Notes under the pieces: model-generated
Databases searched by the model: none
What the model was told of the DNA's origin: nothing
What the model saw: the letters and a program-made list of their open reading frames with translations, nothing else
Position numbers and translations under genes: made by a program
Shown: positions 58,565-64,000 of the stretch, piece after piece
How positions within the stretch are numbered: the stretch's first letter is position 1
How the letters are laid out: each line of letters opens with the position of its first letter
Origin: a virus
DNA: 64,000 nucleotides
Direction: 5' to 3' (one strand)
Virus record (IMG/VR): IMGVR_UViG_3300031521_000009

Positions 58565-58697
58565 GTTATATAAAAAGTGAGATTTTTGCAATTTTAGTTA
58601 GTTTTTTATACGTTAAAGAGACAGAATGCTGTGAAGTATGTAAAGCTCAAAAAGAAAGCCATCTTTCCTATTCGTAGGTTAGATGGCTTATTTTTTA
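58565..58697 (+). ncRNA. Candidate Bacteroidota-type sRNA ending in a bidirectional terminator
   Basis: TACATTTG promoter at 58552-58559, U-rich segment, ATGCT-GTGA-AGTAT hairpin, AAGCCATCT/AGATGGCTT stem plus T-run. Confidence 0.5.
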
Positions 58698-61600
58698 CTT
58701 CTTACTTTCAAGATCGTCAACTTTTTTCTGTAATCGCTTTGCTCGTTTATCAGCAACTTCCTGATAGTGTTCTTTCAGTTCCTGAGCATTCATATCGTTT
58801 ATTTTCTTACGTGCTGTCCAGTCTTGAAGCATATTGTCATTATCTCCTAACAATTCCATAAACCATATAGCATCATATACCGGTCCAGTATAAGCAAATA
58901 AACGTGTCCACTTCTTCTGTCCTGTCATAAGCCCCATAATATTGTCTATAAGACCTGACATTGGAACGATATTGCTCTTTATGGAGTCATAGTTCGAATA
59001 AGCCATAAGCTCGCTGTAAAGCCATGAAAGCTTATCCTTATCTCTATCACTCATTCCATTTGCTGCAAGCATGTTTATACCTACAAGAATAGAAGTAAAG
59101 AAAGTAGCACTAATCATTGACCGGGCAAGATTATATTTTGTCATGGGGTCCATCTCTTCCAAATCAGAAAACTTCATATCTTTAGTACGAACAACTTTTA
59201 CCACATCAGAAAGATAGTTCCACATAGAAGCAAGTGTTCCCTCTATCATAATCTGTTTTTTGATAGTTTCCCATTCATTGTTTTCATTCAGTTCTGCAGT
59301 AACATCAGCACCATACGATGTCATTCTTCTACTACCAACTAAATTGAATATCTTTCCTGGCAAGAAAGTACGGAACTGAGTAAAGATACGACCCGAGAAT
59401 GTATTCCCTAAAAGCATCTTCTGATATTCATCCATAGCACCAATAATGTACTTATCAGCATACCATTTGAAACGAGTGTTTACTTCTTCAAAATCATAAC
59501 CCACTTCCATATTGTCAGTATCTTTTATAATACCTTGGTCAATCATCTGTTTTGTCTTTCTGTCCCAGATAGCTTGTTCTTTACCACTGATTATCTTACC
59601 CTCTTTATCGAAGTAACGAGTATCTTTCAACTTATCATATTTCAATGTATCAGTTTCCTTATCATAGGTATGAGCTTCATAAGAACCATCATGTATCATA
59701 AATCCAACCATGGTAGTTAGTCGAGCCGCGATATCTGAGTAATAGTTACCAATATGTGCCAGCTGTGATTGAAAAACGTTCTTATCAATGTTTGTTGTAA
59801 AGAACGATTCAATAGCTTCCATCTCACTACCATTCACTAAACCAAACTTCTTACCTAGCGCCATAACTTTTTTATGGTTCATAGCAAGTTCAAGATTTGC
59901 TTTAGTCATATCTTCCGGAGTAGGAAAGTTCAATCGTTTATTTTCATCAGTAAACATATTGGCCGCTTTAGTAGACAATGCTTCTATGATTTGTGACTGA
60001 GTATTGAAATAAGCAGAACGTACCCATACAAGTGGACGATAACCAAGAGCCATGAAAGAATAGGCATTAGTGATATTCTTTACAAAAGCTGCAGTCTTAT
60101 CAGTAGGATCATCTTGTGATTTTCCTTTGATAATTCTATCAGAATATTCTTTTAAAAATTCATTGGTATATTTTGTTTGGATATTATACTCTTCTTTCAA
60201 TATTTGATTCCATTGAATAGCTTTATTCATAGCCGGGATCATCCTATTCTCAATCTCAATAGTACGAATGCTATCATCCACAAACATGCTAAATACATAT
60301 TCTAAGTTCATAGTCTTTTTACCATAGAATTTTAAATCACCTTTGTATCTGTTAGGTGTAGTACTATCTGTTGGCATAAGTCCCATTCGTATCATCTGTT
60401 GCTGTATAGACTGCTGAGATCGAAACCGTGAGTTCATATGTTGATAATCATCTGAAATCAAATCATTGTCAATAGTCACATCTTCTATTCCGGCCATAAA
60501 CTCAGAAATAGCTATTTGATCCCATCCTTTACGAACCATCTCTTTATACTTCTTATCACGGAATAACTCTTGTTTAGTCTTTTCCAAAACAGGAATATGA
60601 CCAGGAACCATTTTACTCAATAACTCATTACGCAACTCTTCTTCTTTCTTTGGTGTTGACCGGCGCGAGTTATCATGCATTGCATTGGCAAGATAGCGTT
60701 CTTTTACTGTTTCAAGTATAAGGTCGGCCAGAGCAATATCCTCAGTAGTAAGTCCTGCTTTTTTAGCTTCATCGACATTGTAAGACCCATACAATTGATT
60801 GTTTAGAATAATAGGAACAATATCACCTTTCTTATTCTTATCACTATCCTCAGTAAGCAATAACTCTCCTTTTTTAAATAAGTGACCAAATACTTTCTCG
60901 GGTTGATTGCCAAGAATGTTTAATGACATACCACGTGATTCAAGTGATTTAGTCAGTGCATCATTAAACTTCGCTTTGTAGTCATTCAGCTGATTGACAA
61001 TAATAGATTTTGTTGCTTCGGCTTCTACTGAATAGTATTGAAGGATATCAGATTTGATATTGTGGATATTGGTAAACTTCAACCAAGTCTTATTGATATC
61101 TTTTACTTGTCCGTTATTGATACCTACACCTTGTTTGAACCATACAAGATACTGAGTAATCAATTTGTGTTCTGGATTGTTTATCCAATTCTTATCTTTT
61201 ATTTCTATTGCCCGGGCGCGGTCACTGAGTAATTTGAAATGTTCATAACTGTTGAAGTTTTCAGTCATAGCATCACGTTGTACTTCATCCATATTCAATG
61301 ATTGATAGTAAGCAGCATAATACGTTTCTAGCTTATCTCTCCAACTCTGGTATATACTATCTTCATTCCATGCCTTATCATCGCTTAGAAGTTCTTGAAA
61401 CCATTTATACGATAATGATTTTTCATCCATGACAGCTTGTATTGATGGAAGAGTAAACAAATCTCTACCATTGGCCATAGCTTGATGAAGAGTAGAAAGC
61501 ATTCGCGGTTGAATAGAAGTACCATTGAAACCAATAACACCATAGCGACGTAAGGTAAGTTTCTTGTTATTCTCCTGAGCAAGTTTATTCATGCCGGCAA

Positions 61601-63380
61601 TAGTTACCCCAAGTAATACTTGTCGTATATCTCCCTGGCTATTGCTCATATTGAACTTACGACCTTTTTCTGATTTTTCATGGCCAAGATTAGCAGCAAG
61701 TGATTTCTTATGTGAGTCCATAAGATTGTCTTGAAAACCAAGAACGGATCCAGTCAAATCAATAAGTGATACATCAACTTTACTGTCTGACATGGTATGT
61801 ACTATTACGATAGGATTAAAACCAACAATAGCATCATTGTATAATGGTGCCAGCGCTTGTACGTTTGTCATATCCCGATAGTTCATAACAGTAGTCATAG
61901 GTTCGTTTATACCAAGCAATTTGATAGACCGAACAATGTTTTCAACTACAGTATCAGAGAAACCATATTCAGAAAAAGTATCTTGAATAAGTGTTTCAAG
62001 AGGAACAGAAGTATCTGATATATGCTTATTAAGTATTTCGACAATATTGTTATTGAATGAGTTCATCATTTGCTGACGACGTACTAGCATTTCATTCTTT
62101 ATACTAGCCATAACTTCATTGTCCGGCATACTATTAGGAAAGCTATACATCTTACCATAGTCAACATAGATACGATCTTTATCTCTTTGCCAAAGATTCG
62201 CGAATATGTTTTCTACCATTTTTTCTTTTGCTTCCGGATTTTCAAAGTTGAGTTGTCCGTACTCTTCATTATTGATAAGAAATGGTACTACCTCAGCGAC
62301 ATTCTCAATAGGTTTGAATCCCATATCAGCTTCATAAAAACCATCACTGTAATAGTTCTTCAATAACTGTTCTACCTCTACCGGACCAAAGTCAATAATC
62401 TTTCTACCATTAAGAATATCTTCTGTCAATGCATTAAAAATATCATTCAATGTACCTTTTTCAAAGTTTACATTGTCGAGTGCTGAGTTAGCAGTTATCT
62501 TACTAGATACTAGATTACCTATTGAAGAGAAAAGACTGCTAACAATATCATATACTTTTCTGAATATATCTTTTGATCGAGTAGAAGATACATAACGATT
62601 GTTACGAGCAAGGAACTTGTTTACTTCTTTCTGTGAAGTCATACCACTTACTGCAGCAGCATATTCATATAGTTGGTGAACTTCGTCAAGCTTCCAATAC
62701 TTTTTACGTATCGAATCCATGATTTCTTTATTGTCAGCAATTGAATCACGTACTTTACTCATGAACTGATTATACTTAAATCCATCAGTCATTTCAAGAG
62801 CATGAATCCATACGTGTGTAAGCTCATGAATAGGAGTATCAACATTCATTGATTGAGTATTCAAGTGTATTCCGGTAGCATCTACCCACGCGCGATCAGT
62901 AGCATGTTCAGTATTACGTGTTGTTTCAAAACTTTCAACTTGTATTTTAAATCCCGGGACCGCTTTCTCTAATGCATGAATGAATGAATTAGTCTTTTCT
63001 GCTGTTGCAATAAACTCTTTACGCAGCTTATAGTCTTTAATACCTTCCGTTTCTGCCACTTTCTCCCCTATCTGAATAGATTTACCCGACTTAGTTATAA
63101 TGTTGTCATTTTCGTCAAGTGAGAGCTTTGTATGTTCGGTTGAAGTAACACCACTTAGAACAGCAAACTTTTCAGTAAACATATTTGCGCGATACTTTAC
63201 TGCTTTATCTATACCATAGCGTTCCACTAACTGCTGGTATATTAAAGATGGATTCCCATCAGCCGTTAAGCTGACAGGATTACCATTGTTCTTTGCATAG
63301 ATAGTATGTGCTTTACCATCTCCGACGACTGCTGATAAGGCTTTGTATTCCTTATCATTTTTGTTAGGACATTTACTCAT
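58695..63380 (-). CDS. Giant crAss-like cargo/ejection protein with zincin-like domain
   Basis: 1561 aa; MSKCPNKN...DGNPSLIY N-terminus, PIHELTHVW (HExxH), GRIFTQFRTFLP motif of crAss cargo proteins. Confidence 0.75.
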   Translation of the reverse strand: MSKCPNKNDKEYKALSAVVGDGKAHTIYAKNNGNPVSLTADGNPSLIYQQLVERYGIDKAVKYRANMFTEKFAVLSGVTSTEHTKLSLDENDNIITKSGKSIQIGEKVAETEGIKDYKLRKEFIATAEKTNSFIHALEKAVPGFKIQVESFETTRNTEHATDRAWVDATGIHLNTQSMNVDTPIHELTHVWIHALEMTDGFKYNQFMSKVRDSIADNKEIMDSIRKKYWKLDEVHQLYEYAAAVSGMTSQKEVNKFLARNNRYVSSTRSKDIFRKVYDIVSSLFSSIGNLVSSKITANSALDNVNFEKGTLNDIFNALTEDILNGRKIIDFGPVEVEQLLKNYYSDGFYEADMGFKPIENVAEVVPFLINNEEYGQLNFENPEAKEKMVENIFANLWQRDKDRIYVDYGKMYSFPNSMPDNEVMASIKNEMLVRRQQMMNSFNNNIVEILNKHISDTSVPLETLIQDTFSEYGFSDTVVENIVRSIKLLGINEPMTTVMNYRDMTNVQALAPLYNDAIVGFNPIVIVHTMSDSKVDVSLIDLTGSVLGFQDNLMDSHKKSLAANLGHEKSEKGRKFNMSNSQGDIRQVLLGVTIAGMNKLAQENNKKLTLRRYGVIGFNGTSIQPRMLSTLHQAMANGRDLFTLPSIQAVMDEKSLSYKWFQELLSDDKAWNEDSIYQSWRDKLETYYAAYYQSLNMDEVQRDAMTENFNSYEHFKLLSDRARAIEIKDKNWINNPEHKLITQYLVWFKQGVGINNGQVKDINKTWLKFTNIHNIKSDILQYYSVEAEATKSIIVNQLNDYKAKFNDALTKSLESRGMSLNILGNQPEKVFGHLFKKGELLLTEDSDKNKKGDIVPIILNNQLYGSYNVDEAKKAGLTTEDIALADLILETVKERYLANAMHDNSRRSTPKKEEELRNELLSKMVPGHIPVLEKTKQELFRDKKYKEMVRKGWDQIAISEFMAGIEDVTIDNDLISDDYQHMNSRFRSQQSIQQQMIRMGLMPTDSTTPNRYKGDLKFYGKKTMNLEYVFSMFVDDSIRTIEIENRMIPAMNKAIQWNQILKEEYNIQTKYTNEFLKEYSDRIIKGKSQDDPTDKTAAFVKNITNAYSFMALGYRPLVWVRSAYFNTQSQIIEALSTKAANMFTDENKRLNFPTPEDMTKANLELAMNHKKVMALGKKFGLVNGSEMEAIESFFTTNIDKNVFQSQLAHIGNYYSDIAARLTTMVGFMIHDGSYEAHTYDKETDTLKYDKLKDTRYFDKEGKIISGKEQAIWDRKTKQMIDQGIIKDTDNMEVGYDFEEVNTRFKWYADKYIIGAMDEYQKMLLGNTFSGRIFTQFRTFLPGKIFNLVGSRRMTSYGADVTAELNENNEWETIKKQIMIEGTLASMWNYLSDVVKVVRTKDMKFSDLEEMDPMTKYNLARSMISATFFTSILVGINMLAANGMSDRDKDKLSWLYSELMAYSNYDSIKSNIVPMSGLIDNIMGLMTGQKKWTRLFAYTGPVYDAIWFMELLGDNDNMLQDWTARKKINDMNAQELKEHYQEVADKRAKRLQKKVDDLESKK

Positions 63381-63388
63381 AGAATTGA

Positions 63389-64000
63389 TTATTTACATTT
63401 ATTTTTTTCATCATTATTATCTGACTCATTATCTTGTGCCGAAATACCAATAGCGGGTTCACCATTTGCAACTTCTTTCTTACTATCTTTCTTTGCTATC
63501 TCAGTATCGAATAGTTCAAGTGATCCTTCCAATGTATTCAACATTTCAGAACGTTTACTTTCTGTTCCTTTCATTTCAGAACGTACTGCCGGATTAATCA
63601 TTTCAACAATAGCACTACGAGAAACTTTTCCATAAGTAGTAATCCCTACTGACATATCTTCGACTTCTTTATTGAAAGTAGTTTTCTGATTAGCTAAGAA
63701 ATCAGTTGATGAAATCTTATTAGTAAGTTGTTCTACCATGTTCTTTCCCTGACTACTGATATAAGCCAATGCACGTGCTTGTACCAATGCTTTTACTATC
63801 AATGATTGTTTGAAATTGAGTTGTGCCATAGCAATCTTTATTTGCTTAATCTCATTGGCATTCTTCTCAGTTTCCACAACTTGAACATCATCAACTAAAT
63901 TACGAATGTATTTATTGATTTTGTTTCTTCTGTGTTCCTTACTTTGATAGTTCTTTAAGTCCCAAGGAAAGTTCTTTGTCTTTTCTCCGATAGTACTTAA
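63389..64000 (-). CDS. C-terminus of an upstream giant cargo protein (5' partial)
   Basis: Frame is open to the window edge (read by hand); ends ...DEKNKCK. Confidence 0.65.
   Translation of the reverse strand, partial: LSTIGEKTKNFPWDLKNYQSKEHRRNKINKYIRNLVDDVQVVETEKNANEIKQIKIAMAQLNFKQSLIVKALVQARALAYISSQGKNMVEQLTNKISSTDFLANQKTTFNKEVEDMSVGITTYGKVSRSAIVEMINPAVRSEMKGTESKRSEMLNTLEGSLELFDTEIAKKDSKKEVANGEPAIGISAQDNESDNNDEKNKCK

Noticed and set aside
58631-58861. 76-aa plus-strand ORF at the module junction
   Set aside because: It spans a terminator and overlaps the cargo gene in antisense; better explained as sRNA/terminator
1-64000. Alternative genetic code (TAG or TGA recoding), as in some crAss-like phages
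   Set aside because: TerL, portal, MCP, fibre and cargo genes are full length in code 11, TAG and TGA end genes at sensible boundaries, and no intact suppressor tRNA is present

Overview
This window is about 64 kb of a crAss-like (Crassvirales-type) podophage of a Bacteroidota host, AT-rich and apparently read with the standard bacterial code. The minus-strand virion module (1-26065) carries a partial tail muzzle/stabilization protein, ring proteins, auxiliary capsid protein, major capsid protein, scaffold-like gene, GroES-like protein, portal, TerL, a lysis cassette, a repeat-rich tail fibre with an S74 chaperone, a probable TerS and a DUF3127 protein. It resumes at 58695-64000 with giant cargo/ejection proteins. 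The plus-strand early/replication module (26315-58521) lies wholly inside the window. It has a Dda/RecD-like helicase, DnaB, HNH nuclease, RNase HI, ParB, adenine MTase, SbcC-like ATPase, PD-(D/E)XK nuclease, RusA, PcfK/PcfJ and Tad2-like DUF2829, but no recognisable DNA polymerase or primase. Four observations stand out. (1) A split candidate signalling cassette: a Pro/Gly-tailed peptide, a 4-TM Cys/His protein and an unannotated 59-aa ORF that is paralogous to the N-terminus of an HTH protein 12 kb away, which precedes a palindrome-bearing promoter of a Gly-rich CCC protein. (2) A 520-bp noncoding element with a terminator-loop pseudoknot, a multi-stem RNA and an AT-rich tract just upstream of RNase HI and ParB, a candidate RNA-primed origin. 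(3) A circularly permuted Fib_succ_major domain. (4) Two aberrant tRNA-like genes and a Bacteroidota-style sRNA. All family assignments come from motif recognition and synteny by eye; no database searches were run.
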